Below are positions 14,253 through 27,735 of a DNA stretch of 64,000 nt, piece by piece. The notes under the pieces are model-generated. The model was not told where the DNA came from, did not search any database, and worked only from the letters and a program-made list of their open reading frames with translations. How positions within the stretch are numbered: position 1 is the stretch's first letter; every line of letters starts with the position of its first letter. A program made the position numbers and the translations under genes. The DNA comes from Octopus vulgaris. Its lineage: Eukaryota. The stretch spans positions 69,440,001 to 69,504,000 of the forward strand of contig OX597831.1 in assembly GCA_951406725.2 (NCBI GenBank). Direction: 5' to 3'.

Positions 14253-15429
14253 ATCATCAGAATACATCAATTAGTTTATGCAGAAACTAAAATAATCATG
14301 AGGAAGAGTACTTTACCAAAACTTTTATGTATTGGAATACCTAAACATTTGCAAATGTGCAACACAAATATACAGATTTCATGAGAGAATAAAAGAAATG
14401 CAGCATTTCTCCTTCCTGACGCCATCATTTAAAATACATGTGTGAAACAAAAGAGAAATGAATATGCCAGAAATGTTACATAACAAAGGACTTACACAAA
14501 ATCAAAATGTGTTGAAGACATCATAGCTGCTAATCTATAAAGAATATTCTTTATGAATGGTAACAATTCAGTGATTCTAATAAGTTTATCTCCATCTCAA
14601 AATGATTTTGAAAAGAACTAGGTAAAATCTAAACAATGCCAATGGAAAGAGAAAAAGCAAGATTTGGGATTTGCAAGAATGTTAGTTGAAATGCTATAAG
14701 GAAGAATGATAAAATCAATAAGCACAATAACAGAATAATCTTGGTAAGAAAGAACAATAAAAGAATTTTCTCATATACAACAACCCTTTAAGAAATGAGG
14801 AAATACCTAACTTTTGGCTAAAACACCTAATAAGAGCTTACAAATTATTTTCAAAAACATCCAACATTTTACTGAAATTCTTGGAATTCATAATCAGTGA
14901 ACAAGGGAGGAAATATTGTCTTAATCCCTCAGACAAAGTTACACAACCACAAACGGACTCACAAAAGATAAATAAAACAAAACAACCTACTTCAAAAGAA
15001 TAGGTGTGATCTTGAAAATGTTCAGGTATTAATCAAACTACAAATGGAGGCTTTAGAAAGAAATGGAAGTTTGAATATGTCACGTATTCATTGTAAGAAA
15101 ATAGCACTGAAATATGCATTATATATACTGTATATCTATATCAAATATTTAGTTTTTCAATGTAGTAAAAAATAGAACACTAAAAGCTAAAAAGAATAGA
15201 AAAAAAGAAAAAAAAGCACAAAGTGATATGCTCCAGTGGGAAGAGAGAACAATCACAACAACAAGAGCAAATAATTACTAATAATTCTTTATAGTTTCCA
15301 CACAAGGCCAGCAATTTTGGGTGCATCATTTTCATCAATCCAAATGCTCAAACTGGCACTTATTTCAACACTTTTGAAGGGTTGAGATGCAACGTTGACA
15401 TTGGTGCAATTTGAACTCAAAATCTTTTT

Positions 15430-16200
15430 CTTATTAGTGGTGATGGGGATGCTGGAGTCGCTATGGATGTTGTTGTCTCAGCTGCTTTTGTTGTTGTCTC
15501 GTTTCACAACTGTTGGCGTAGTTGCAGTTTTGGTTCTAACTGATGGTAATTTTCGTGTTTCTGCTGTCTCTGTTGTTGATGATGATGATGATGATGATGA
15601 TGCTAGTATGTTGCTGTAGTTGAGGGTGTGTTGTTAGTAGTGGAAGTGGCCATTGCTATTTGGAGGTAGTGGGGAGAAGTCTCTAAGGTGCCTTGTAGCT
15701 CCACAAAAGTTGCATTTAAGCTTTCTTTTTTCTACAACAACTCATAGTTCGACTCCGTTGGGCAGCTCTATAAGGTCTGAGATTTTTTTCTATGTTCTTG
15801 GGCTTCACATAGAGCAGAATCTCTAGGTTTATTTCTGCTGCTTCATTTGACTCCTAGGTGTGTTCTGTTTTCACTACCCCTGTTGTCCCTCTGTATGCTT
15901 AATGTCATGCTACCACTGGTGATGGTCGTGGGAATGGAGGGATCCTGCCACTTTTGATTTTTTTTCTGTCATACTACCTGCTTCTAGTAGTCCTATATTA
16001 TTCAGGTGGTTGTTGTTATTATTGCCATTGTTACTTCCACTGTTACCACCCTCTTCCTTCGACTCATAATCATTTGGTGGAGCGAGTGATGGAAGAGGAG
16101 GAAAGTCTTCAGCTGTTGTAAGGCAGGTGGGAAGAACAGTTCTCCCTCTTGATGCTCCCACAATGGGAATTATTGACACCATTTTTTTAAAACGCTAATT
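15430..16200 (-). mobile_element. Degenerate LINE ORF1 (gag-like) fragment with decayed CCHC zinc knuckle
   Basis: Minus strand near 15675-15720 reads KCNFCGATRHLRD (CX2CX4H-like), flanked by low-complexity N/T/S-rich coding-like sequence. Confidence 0.45.
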
Positions 16201-16634
16201 GAGCATTTTTCAAAGACAAAATATTGCTCCTTACAGAACAAAAGAACCACAGAGCACCAGTCAAAAGATTTCTGGTGTTTTTAATAACAAATTATCACAA
16301 AAATTAAAGGAACTGACTTGTAAAATGTAAAAATGTGGATGAATCCTGACACTAACAACTAAGAATAGAACAGAAAGAGGGAGGATTATAATTTACAGTT
16401 GAAGATCTTAAGATAAAAGAATGTCATAGAGATTCATTTACATTCAGTAAAGTAGACAATTGGCTCTGAGAATCACATTAACACTTTTAGACATTTTTGG
16501 AGCAGATGCTCATAATGGCTCTTAAAATGCATCTAATTTTCTTTTCTATTTAGCTACACACATATATACTGTGTGTGTGCGTGTGTGTGTGTGTATGTAT
16601 ATATGTATATATATATATCACATGTATATATATA

Positions 16635-16682
<48 letters not shown>

Positions 16683-16904
16683 CACACACACATATACATG
16701 TATATGTATACACATGCATACTTTGGAATTGTAAATTTCGCACTAGTAATTTAAGATTTAAAAAGGAGGGAAAGGATAGAAAAACATATAAATGAAACAG
16801 ACAGGAATGAAATAACTATAAAGACATATAAAAGAGTAAATACATTATAAAGAGAGGAGAAGGGCGGAGATTGAAGGAGAGTAAAAGAGGTTTATAGAAA
16901 GAAG

Positions 16905-16985
16905 GGGCAAGTGTCTTCTACTATAGCCTCGGGCCAACCAGCCTTGTGAGTGGATTTGGTAGACAGAAACTGAAAGAAGCCTGTC

Positions 16986-17047
<62 letters not shown>

Positions 17048-17232
17048 TTGTGTGTCTATGTTTGTTCCCCCAAAATTGCTTGACAACCAATGCTGGTGTG
17101 TTCATGTCCCCATAACTTAGCGGTTCAGCAAAAGAGACCGATAGAATAAGTACTAGGCTTACAAAGAATAAGTCCTGGAGTCAAGTTGCTCGACTAAAGG
17201 CGGTGCTCCAGCATGGCTGCAGTCAAATGACT
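16905..17232 (+). mobile_element. SINE family A, 5'-truncated
   Basis: Matches the family from GGGCAAGTGTCTTC to the GACTGAAACAAGTAAAAG tail; internal (TA)n. Confidence 0.9.
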
Positions 17233-17689
17233 GAAACAAGTAAAAGAAAAAGATAATGACCAGCAAAATATGAACAAGCCAAATACTAAAATTCATATAT
17301 CTAATACTTAAGTGATTTAATAGAATAAATTACTACAAAGAGTTATATATACAGTGATTATATATACAGTGGTTGATGTAAATATTATGAAGATATTCCA
17401 ATACTTGAATCAAAGTCAAAATTATACAACTAAACTATAGCATCTGTTATTATATGTGAACTATGGTTGGCTAGAGCTCTTAGATTATTTACTGTTACAA
17501 CAATAGTAATATTGGGTCACATTAAGCTACAAGAAATCTACTATTAACGATAAATATTTATGGCTTATGGTTTTAGATATGAGTAGAGTAATCAGAAATG
17601 ATAGAGAGAACAGGTTAAAAAACATCAAAAGGTGTCCCGTATGGAATGCAAGCATTTTAATCCAAACTTTACCTTATAATTTCAAATAA

Positions 17690-17890
17690 TTTCATACAAT
17701 GAAATAGTCACCTTGCACAGAAAATAAACTGGTTCCAGCATTCCTACACTTTTGAAGTTTGGCCTGGAAGTCATTTTCCATAATTGAGTTGAGGACCTTC
17801 TGCGATTTACTCTTGATCTTGCAGATTGTGTTAAAACGACAATCTTTTGTGAGACGTTTTGTGCCCAAAATGGAGACGAACACCATCCAA
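17690..17890 (-). mobile_element. Mariner transposase C-terminal relic
   Basis: RFNTICKIKSKSQKVLNSIMENDFQA...QGDYF resembles the mariner C-terminus. Confidence 0.55.
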
Positions 17891-18349
17891 TCTATGTGAT
17901 CGGCTTGAAAAATTGTTGAGATAGTAAGATATTTTTCCTAACATGAAACCAATGGTAATCTTAAAGCACAACTAAAGAAATTTTATCCACCAATTTGGTG
18001 TTGAGTACTCACTTTCATTGTTCGACATTTACATACATATGTGTGTGTGTGTCTTCACTACTGCTAGATGACCAGTGCTGGTTTGTTTATGTCTTTGTGA
18101 CTTAGCAATTTGGCATAAGAAACCAACAGTATAAGTACTAAGCTTAAGAAAAAAGAACTCCATTTGTTGGTCTAAAGCCTTTCAATGTAGGGCCTCAGTG
18201 TGGCTGTAATCCAAAGACTGAAACAAAGACAAGAGGAAGATATATTAAATGGACAATAACATTTTCAAGAAGTAAAAATACGTGTAATTTCATAAAAATA
18301 TTCTTTTGTAAAGAAATTGTTTTTGAAACCAGAAAATTTATTTTTTTAT

Positions 18350-18625
18350 TTCCTAGTTCCAGGTTCAGTTCCATTGCATGGCATGTTGGGCAAATGTCTT
18401 CTACTATAGCTCCAGGTCAACCAAATCCTTATGAGTGGATTTAGTAGATGGAAACTGAAAGGAACCCATCATATATATATATATATATATATACCGGAGT
18501 AAACACATAAATGTGAAACAAGGTGGAAAAAAGAGTACTCAAATACCAGTGGTAGAGTAATACCCAGTATATATATATATATATATATGTCTGCGTGAGT
18601 GTGTGTGTATCTATGTGTATATGCC
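18350..18625 (+). mobile_element. SINE family A 5' half, with a ~75-bp foreign insert (18494-18568) inside its (TA)n tract
   Basis: GTTCCAGGTTCAGTTCC...GGAAACTGAAAG, then (TA)n-CCGGAGTAAACAC...TACCCAG-(TA)n. Confidence 0.75.
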
Positions 18626-18800
18626 TTTGTAATTAGAGTAAAGATTATTTGCCAACATAATATGGCAGTCCTGGTTTAGAATGAACGTTGCTGTAATTTA
18701 GCTTCATGGGACATCGTCTCCAGCTGGCTATACGACATGATCTGTGTCCTTATATTTTCGAGCTAGGACATTTAGCACCCCCACTCAGCTCCAAACAATA

Positions 18801-18845
18801 TCTGTGTATCATGATTTCTCGGTTATTTCCTTTCATCAGCACAGA
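18801..18845 (-). ncRNA. Minimal type-I hammerhead ribozyme motif
   Basis: Minus strand: TCTGTG CTGATGA AAGGAAATAACCGA GAAA TCATG ATA CACAGA. Perfect 6-bp stem I, intact core, palindromic stem III ATCATGAT, AUA cleavage triplet; weak stem II. Confidence 0.75.
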
Positions 18846-19340
18846 ATAATTCTTTGGTTAGAGGTTTATATTTTATTATCATAATAAAATATCAAAACAC
18901 AGAGGGGACAATACAGGATATTACAAACAAATAGTGTTCAAGAGTTCATTTAATGTGATTTTTAAAATATGAGGATTTATATTAGATACAATTAAAATTT
19001 TGCACTTTGGCCATGAAGTCCACTGACTACACCGTACTCCTTTACTATAGATGAGATTATGTAGTGTCATTCACTCCCAAAATCCTTTCCACATCCTTCC
19101 ATCTTTTTCTGTATACACTTCATGGCAGATGTCTTTTCTCCAGCGCTATCCTGCTCTTCAGATGATATTTGAAGTATAATAGCAAACCAGAGTCAGAAAT
19201 GAATATTCCCATCATGACTCCTTTCATTCTAGTTTTCCATATACACTCTTTCAGTACTGCAACTGTGCATAAAAAATATGCCTCACCTTCCTTTGGTAGT
19301 CCGGGTAGTGGTGCAACCTTTATCATGGATTCAGCTGATA

Positions 19341-20610
19341 CGAGGGGCGTTCAATAAGTAATGCCCCTGACCCGCTTCCCATAGCAGTAGAGCAACGACA
19401 CTTGGCACAGTTATTAGTCTTTTCCTACATAGGAACTACCCAGAGTTATGCATTTCTCCCATCGTTTGATACAGCTCTGGAGACCGTTTTTGTAGAAGAC
19501 CCCAGCTTGGTCCTCCAACCACAACGTGACTTCAGAAATCAAGGCTGCATCATCTGGGAAACGCTTTCCTTTCAAAATCAACTTCATGGCTGGGAAGAGG
19601 TGAAAATCAGAGGGTGCAAGGGGAGGAGTTCATAGCTGCACGCCTGTGCTTCTGATCTGGCGACACGCGAGTTGTGGACCGGAGCGTTGTCCTGCAGGAG
19701 GAGGATGCCTTTGCTGATCTTGCCCCACCTCTTGATTTTGATAGCTTCTCTTAATTTCCTCAAAAGTGAAGCATAATAGGCTCCTGTAATTGTGGTACCC
19801 TTTGCCAGGAAATCTGTCATCACTACTCCGTTCTGGTCCCAGAAGACTGTGAGCATAACCTTGTCAGTGGAGGGCTGCACCCTTGCCTTCTTTGGAGGAG
19901 GTGAGTCACGGTGCTTTCACTGCATTGACTGGGCTTTGGTCTATGGATCATAGTGATGGACCCAGGTTTTATCCTGTGTGATCAGTCTTTTGAAAAATTT
20001 TGACTCATCTTCTTGGCACATCTCCAAATTCATCCTCGAGCACTCAACGCGTTCTTGCTTCTGGAAAGGTGTGAGCAACCTGGAAATCCATCTGGCAGAC
20101 ACCTTTTGCATATGCAAATGGTCATGAATGGTAGTTTCCACAGACCCAGTACTAATCTTGACCTTATGGGCTATTTGGCGAATAGTTATGCGTTGACCTT
20201 CCAAAATGGCAGCCTCAACTTGACGGACAGACGTCTCATCAACGGCAGAAGGGGGCGACCAGATCTGGGAGCTGTTTCCACAGAGTTCCGACTATGTTTG
20301 AATTCACAATGCCAGCGTTTTACAAGGTCATATGATGGGGCATCATCACCATAAGTTACTTTCATTTCATCAAAAGTCTCCCGTGGTGTGCGTCCTTTCA
20401 AATACAAAAACCAGATCACTGCTCGACATTCAACAGGCTCCATTTCACACTTGACTCAGTTCAAACACCTGTAAATCAGAAACCACAATTAGTTCAGAGC
20501 TGTAATTCGCCACTTAATCAATAGAGGTATAAATAAGTGCACATGCAAAATTTCAGCTAGATCAAACAACTGCAAGTGGGTCAGGGGCATTACTTATTGA
20601 ACGCCCCTCG
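19341..20610 (-). mobile_element. Full-length mariner DNA transposon (irritans/Hsmar2-like), 1270 bp
   Basis: 33-bp perfect TIRs CGAGGGGCGTTCAATAAGTAATGCCCCTGACCC with TA target duplications at 19339-19340 and 20611-20612. Confidence 0.97.
19390..20443 (-). pseudogene. Mariner DD34D transposase, frameshifted
   Basis: Three ORF pieces: HTH (MEPVECRAVI..APSY..RSGRP), WISRLL..ITQDKTWVHHYDP, and KVMLTVFWD..LLQDNAPVH. The YSPDL motif is disrupted. Confidence 0.93.
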
Positions 20611-22589
20611 TAGCTGTACTTTTCCTAGATGTGACAGCACATGTTCTGCATAAATTATCAAACCTGAAAGCTCCAGGCACTGTACAAGGGCATGCAGAAC
20701 AGTTTCATCATCCTGCCTGCACCTTGGACATGCCAGTGGCACAGACATTCCATGCCTAGACGGTTTATCATGAATAGGTAAAGCACTGCTATAGCACTGT
20801 CAGGTCAGGGATTTCTGGTAGTTATCCAGGTAGCCCAGTACAAAAGTTCTTTGGAACAGATTGGCTAGCTGGCCCTCATCGAGCCCCAGAGTTTCTACTA
20901 GGACGTCATCCCTCTTGAACTCTACCAGCCCACTATAGAGTTTTGAGGTGGTACGCCCACTGCTGTCTTTGCCCACCTTGTGGATTAGCATGAGTGCCTG
21001 TCAGCACAATTTTTGCCATTCGGTCAGGTTATGTCTTTTTATGAAATTGGATTTGAATTCCTCCAAGGAAAGACTCTGCCAGTGGACTCCACACCTGGTC
21101 ACCCTCCAGGCAGAGCCAGCGGTGCCCCAGCCTCAGTGCATGTTTGCACATCATCCATCATCCACAGTATCCCTAACCCACCCTTTAGTGGTTTTTGGCT
21201 GCAGAGTGCCTAATAAGCGGTTTTCCTCCCCTCTACAAAAAGCAGAAGAGAAACGGAGACAGGGAGCACCCCTGACGAATCAAGCACTCGATTCTAAACA
21301 GCACCGACAGGTAACTGTTTATCTGTAATGTAGATTTGATGCTGCCATAAATGGCAGTGATCCAACTATGGAAGTCTGGGCCTAACCCAGCTGCCTCGAA
21401 GACTGCCACCACATACTGGTGGTCTACCCTATCAAAAACTTTACTCTGGTCTAAATGGACTGGTGCCTCACTTTTACCAGATAACTCACCCACCCTCTCT
21501 AAGGTGTAGCACAGGAGATGGAGATTGTCCTGGATTGACCTGCCTAGTATGGCACATATCTGCGCCCTCCCAACAAGTTTCTCCACGACACATGCCAACC
21601 TCTTAGCTAGCACATTGGCTAAAATCTTTAATTCCACATTAGATAGAGTTATGGGCCTAAAATTACTAATATGATCCCCCTTGCTCAGGTCTTTTCTGAT
21701 CAGTGTCACCACTCCCTGACTCACATCTAGGAATCCTCCCATTCTATTGTCAGTTTGTGTAGACACAGGCCAGCAAGTGCCCAAACAAGTCTGGCATGCT
21801 ACAATAAAATTCATAGGGCAGACTATCCAGCCCCAGTGATTTTCCCCCAGTGCACTCAGCTAATACCTTTTCGACCTCCACAGCTGTAATCGGCCCCTCA
21901 CAGCATTCCACCTCCCATGCCGAGAGTCATAGACTACCGACGAGGAAGTCTCTTAGGGGCTCCCCATGGTCCAGCCTACCATGCTCTCCGAACAACCGGG
22001 CAAAATGCTGGTGAAAAGCCTTTTGCATCTCCCCCTGTCCTTCCATTGAATTCCATGTTTGTCCATTAAAGGTTTGATAGAGGCTTCTCTGCCTCTCTGA
22101 CTCTCCACATGACATGCCCATCTTCATTTCTCAAAGTCATGGTAGACAGCTCCTTTGCCATATTTTCATCTGTGACTTGCACTTTGACCATGACATTCCT
22201 TCTTCCACAGCCGATGTAAATTATTTTATTCCATATAGGCGCCAAACCTATGTCTCTATTACCTCACTTTTGCACGTCAAAATTCTTTTCTCCTTTAAAC
22301 TGTATGACTTGTATGATACTGTTTTTGCTGCAATGTTTTGCAAAATCTCTTGAGGAGGGAGTAGCTTCGTATCGTTCTTCATTTTTTTCACAAGATTCCT
22401 GTATTTGAACAGTTCAGCTATTGTTACATCCAATGTTATCATATTGCCACCCACAGGAGCTGAAAACCTTGGTTCTTCCTTTGGTACATGTTTTACATTT
22501 TCATTATTTTTTTACTTTTCCACCTCCGGGAAATCCTCTTTTGACATTAAATCATACTCCATGGCAAAAACATTATCACTAAAGAAAAC

Positions 22590-23715
22590 TATTTTCAATT
22601 TGAAGGAGAACTGAATTAGTAATAAAGACTGTGAGTGACTAAAATTTGACCTTAAGAATAACTTTGAAGGGCAGAGTTAGTTGGTATTTTACAAAAAATA
22701 AAGAAAACCCCAAGCATAGAATAGCAGTGAAATATGCTTAGAAAACAGGGGAAAAGTGGCTAGCAAGCCACCACAGAGAATCGTACCCCTCTACTCCCAG
22801 TTAAGCGCTCTGTACTGTTAAGCTTATGGACCCATGACATCAGATCCTGTCTTTTATAATGCTAAATATCTGAAAATGACAAAAATTATTAGAATTTCTT
22901 AAAATGAGCATATTATTCTTTGTCACTTAAAGCCACACCAGTTTTTGTATAGCTAATATTTTTGACAAGGTTTTCACTATAATATTCACCTCATAGAGCT
23001 CTTTCATTTGAATACAACAATTGTATAGTTTTCTTTTACAATAGCTGAATTATTTTGATTCAGAGCCAATTTTTGGGCCTGCTTGTCATTTCTTTCATTA
23101 CTTAAAATCACATAACCTTTCTCAAAGCTAATACTTTTAAATGAGGTATTACCCAAGAGATTCTTCCCAATGAGCATATTTAATCAATACTTTTCATTTT
23201 AAAATAACTGAGTTATTTTTATTTAAAGTCAATTTTTCATGTTACTTTCACATTTTTGACCACACATATTTTCATGTAATTTTTGTAATGAACCACATTT
23301 CAATTAATTTTATCTCAAAGTATAGCTCAGGACAGAACCATCATTGCAAAAAAATCTAATTTCAATTTAGTTGAGAACTGAATTAGGGATGGAAACTGTA
23401 AGAGCTTGTGAGTTACTAATGTTTGACCTTAAGAATAACTTTGAAGAGCAGAGTTAGTTGGTATTTCACAAAAAATAAAGAAAACCTCAAACACATAATA
23501 GCAGTGAAAATAGCTTAGAGGGTCGGTTAAATACCTTAGAAAAAAGGGGAAAAAATTATGCTAGCAAACCACTACAGAGAATCGAATCCTCCACCTCCCG
23601 AATCTCAGTTAAGCACACTGTACTATTAAGCTAAGAATCCTATGACATCGGGCCCTCTCTTTTATGACACTAGATATCTGCAAATGACAAAAAATTTTTA
23701 AATTTCTTAAAAGAA
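22590..23715. repeat. Diverged direct duplication (~330-350-bp copies at 22590-22905 and 23360-23712)
   Basis: Shared blocks such as TTTGACCTTAAGAATAACTTTGAAG.GCAGAGTTAGTTGGTATTT.ACAAAAAATAAAGAAAACC. Confidence 0.9.
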
Positions 23716-24779
23716 TGGGTTGTAGACATGGTGTGTAAGGGTTGAGGTATGGTCTCTGCTCAAAGTGTTTGGTAATCTTGTATGAAAACGAAAATCTAAC
23801 GGGTATGTACTACATGTCTAGGCTGCAACTGATGCAGCCTCCTGATATGAACATTTTCATGCATGTGCAGGAATGGTAGCTTCATCTCCCATCCAAAGCA
23901 TTTTACCCATGTAACAATAGTTTGGGCATGAAAAAATAAAGTTGGATATATTTTGAATGCATCTCTGCACATACATAGACATACAAACATATAACCATTA
24001 AAGAGAATCCGAATAAATTATGCATTTGTTGTCTGTTACACTGAACGTACTGATATAAGTATAGCCAGAAGTGACATTGTTTGCATAAACTACATAAACG
24101 TCGTTAATACACAGTTTGATATGCTATTCATATTGTTTCCATCATTATGAGCATCATAAACGAAGTGAATATGCTTAAAGTTGTAATTATATTACAGTAT
24201 ACATTGGACTGAAGCTTGCTGTATGGTACCTATACAAAAAAAAATTAGCTTTAAATCTAAATAAGATATATATTCGTTTTTATTTCAGTCATATGTTCAG
24301 AGTTCTTTAACAAAAATGAGGTAAATTCTTTCTTTTTTACTACTGAAATCTGATACCTACTATTAGAATTTATCGCTTTTTAATGCTTCTCAGAATTTTG
24401 TGATTGTCTGATACATGAAAAATTGAGGAACAACTCAAGGCCTGCAGCATCAACAGATTTTTATTTCCTTTATTATTATTATTATTATTTTTTTTTTTTT
24501 TCAGTAAATTTGAAGGAAAGTTTGTTATTTTCTGAGACATTTAGTTGAGTGATTGTAGATGAACTGGATGACTTGGCATATGTAATTGATAACAGTATCA
24601 CTTGCTGCTAGAAGTCTTGGAGACATTATATGACAGAAAGCACTTTATTGGAAAACTTAAGAAAATATCATGCAAGCTATTGGCTGAAAGGAATTATTTT
24701 TTTAGATAATACATATAAATAGTAAATTTATGCTCAGATACTCAGGTGCTAATGGAAACAAAACTGGACTAATTCAGCG

Positions 24780-24780
<1 letters not shown>

Positions 24781-24817
<37 letters not shown>

Positions 24818-24872
24818 ACGTGTGTGTGCATGTGTGTGTGTGTGTGTGTGTGTGTGCGTGGTGTATGTGTGA
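24781..24872. repeat. (TG)n microsatellite
   Basis: Visible directly. Confidence 0.95.
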
Positions 24873-27260
24873 GCAAGTGTGCAAGTAAATATGCATAATC
24901 AATACCTGTACATAAGTCTGTGTATATATTTATGCTTACATATTTACCTGTATATCAATACACCCATATGCAGAGACAGACAATTGAACACAGAAAACAT
25001 AACTGGTATTTTATTTAATGTAAATATGTTTCAGCAAGCCAACTGCCATCATTAGGGAAGCTAGTTGGCTTCACTATGTATCACAATACACTCAACTCAG
25101 TATTATTAGTATTTATTGCTGTTGATGTTATCTTTGGTTTTACCTTAGAGAGAAAAAGAATTTCAATTGGCTTTGAAGGTTAAATTGTTAGTGTTAGAGA
25201 GAGGGGGGAAAGAGAAAGAGAGAGAGAGAGAGAGAAAAGAAGGAAAGTGTGAAAGAAGAGGTAACTAAGAATGGAGAGCTAATGACTGTTAGTGGAGATC
25301 AAGTTTTGTTAAAGCAAAGAGAAAATGAAAAGATCACCCTTTCTGACTTACCTACACTTTTTTCTGGCATCACTTCCCTAGTCCCTTTTCTCAGCACCCC
25401 TTTCCTTTTGCTCCTCCTTCCTATATCTCTATCTCACACTCACCACCCTCACTTTTCTCAACCTCACACTGACATAACAATATTTTAAAGGTCTGTGTGA
25501 GAGAAGAAATTTAAAAACACAACACAATAAATCCCTGATGGGAGGTTATGGCTGAGGAGAAACTGATATCAACTGATCAGTAAGAAACTGAGAGCAGAAG
25601 ATCAGGGAAAAACAAGTTGTAGCATTTGTATTGAAGAAAAAAAGGAAAAACGTTTCACAAATTATTTTAAACACAGTTGTTGGAAAGTCCTGAAAAAAGG
25701 GAGAAAAGTTGAGAGTTTAGGTAGAGAAGATGAGTGAGGGAGGAATGAGAGGAAAATGGAGAAAGAAGAATTATGATAGAAAAAAGTTTTTAAGTCGGGT
25801 TAAAGGGAATTGGAAAGGCATGTGGAGGAGTGTAAAGAATACAAGCAAAAAGGAAAAAATGAAAAATAAATAAGAGGAGGAGATGAAAAGTATGAGTTCT
25901 TGTAGGGGTGAGAAGAGGGAAAAAATTAAAGAAAATTTAGAGGAAAGTTAATTGTTAGTTAGCTCTTATATAGCAAAATATAAAGGTTCATGAGAAAAAA
26001 AGTGAAGACAACACAATAAAAGAATTGGTGAAAAGTCCAGGGCAGTTATACAATTAGTGCCAAGTCCAAGGTGAAAGGAATGTCTGTAGTATGGTGTGGT
26101 GAGGAACTAATGATTGTAGATATGTGTGGAAATAGAAGCATTTGTGAAAAGTCATGAGAATCAAAAAGTGTTGAAGAAATGCTAAAACCTGCTGGCTTGA
26201 AAATTGGGAAGAATCAGCTGACAGGAGCTGAGTTGGAGTGTGCAGAGTGTAAAGATTTGTGGTAGAGACACATAGTAGTGGTAAATAGAGGAACAAGGGA
26301 TTTGTTTTGATAGGAGACTGAAGAGAAATGGAGCTTAAGAAGTATAAGAAATAGAAGGAAGAGTAGGTGCAAGTGTGTCTGTGTTAACAAACTACAGGTG
26401 AAAAATAGTTGTCAGAATTTAAAGAAAAGCAAAGCAAAGCCCCTCCCCCAAAAGAACCACCAAATGCAGAGGAGAAAGAAAAGCAAACGGCAAAGCCAAC
26501 GAAAGTTGCGGAAGAAACCAAACAAACAAGACAAGGAAAAACATGAGAAATAATACAAACCACAGAAGAAGGCAAAGAGATGGAATTTGCCACAATAAAA
26601 TCCCCCAAAAAGGAAAAAGGCCCCAGCTCCAGACTCTCTATCCCATACAAAGAAAACAATAAAATACAGGAATGTGTATAACTGGAGCATGAGTATGTGT
26701 GTACATGTTTGAGTGTGATTTTGTGAAATAGAACATTGTTTGGAGATATTTTGGTTAGTATTTCTAGCAGGTTCAAGTGACCACATATAGAATCCTTCGG
26801 TGGATTTTCTGACCTCTTTGGATGGTGTAGTAAGTAAAAGAGAATGTCAGAACTGATTGCCTAAGGAATGGGAAGAGTGCTGAACTGCTGGGCCGAACGT
26901 CCATTATAATGGCCAGCAGACCAGGTCTGCAAGGAAAAGTCAAATTCAGTTAGTGTGGAAGGTATGCCACTAGAAAAGCTGCATAACTTGTCTGTTTGGC
27001 TTCAGCATTAGTACAAAACTCATTGCTGGCAGGTGCTTGAGGTATGAAACATAGGCCTCTATTATGAAGAGAGAGGTGTCAAGAGAGGTGAGGTTGGCAG
27101 GGAGTGGATTGCATAGGGGCTGGGGAAGATGTGATGAGAAAAGGGAGCAGGGGAAATGAGAGAGGGTAATCATTTATTTTCTCTTTGCTTTGACTGGAAC
27201 TCCTCTCCACTAACAGCCATTGCCTTTTCTTTCTCTGTTATCCCATCTCTGTCTATCTGC

Positions 27261-27301
<41 letters not shown>

Positions 27302-27444
27302 ACTCTCTTTCCAATACTAATTATTTAACCTTCAAAACCAATTGAAATATTTTTCCCTTTGAGGAAAAACTGACTGAAACATCATGCTTATTTACTTCAT
27401 AGCTTAACATTTTATTCAGTTATATGAACTATTTATTTCTATAA

Positions 27445-27735
27445 TGTTGCCAGCCTCGTCTGGCCCCATGCTGGTGGCACGTAAAAAGCACCATCTGATC
27501 GTGGCCGTTTGCCAGCCTCGTCTGGCACCTGTGCAGGTGGCACGTAAAAAGCACCCACTACACTCACGGAGTGGTTGGCGTTAGGAAGGGCATCCAGCTG
27601 TAGAAACGCTGCCAGATCAGACTGGAGCCTGGTGCAGCCTTCTGGCTTCCCAGACCCCAGTTGAACCGTCCAACCCATGCTAGCATGGAAAGCGGACGCT
27701 AAACGATGATAATGATGTTGATGATGATGATGATG
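27445..27735 (+). mobile_element. RTE 3' tail (family C)
   Basis: Same motifs as the 11955 copy; (GAT)n tail. Confidence 0.9.

Larger units (their letters stand above)
19110..22130 (-). mobile_element. Tx1/L1-clade LINE ORF2 fragment (RT plus C-terminal region), pseudogenised and split by a mariner
   Basis: ORF 21233-21814 has NFRPITLSNVELKILA, GRSIQDN, LDQSKVFDRVDH and IRQGCSLSP. C-terminal 'KECIWKTR' lies at 19120-19326, on the other side of the mariner. Confidence 0.9.
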
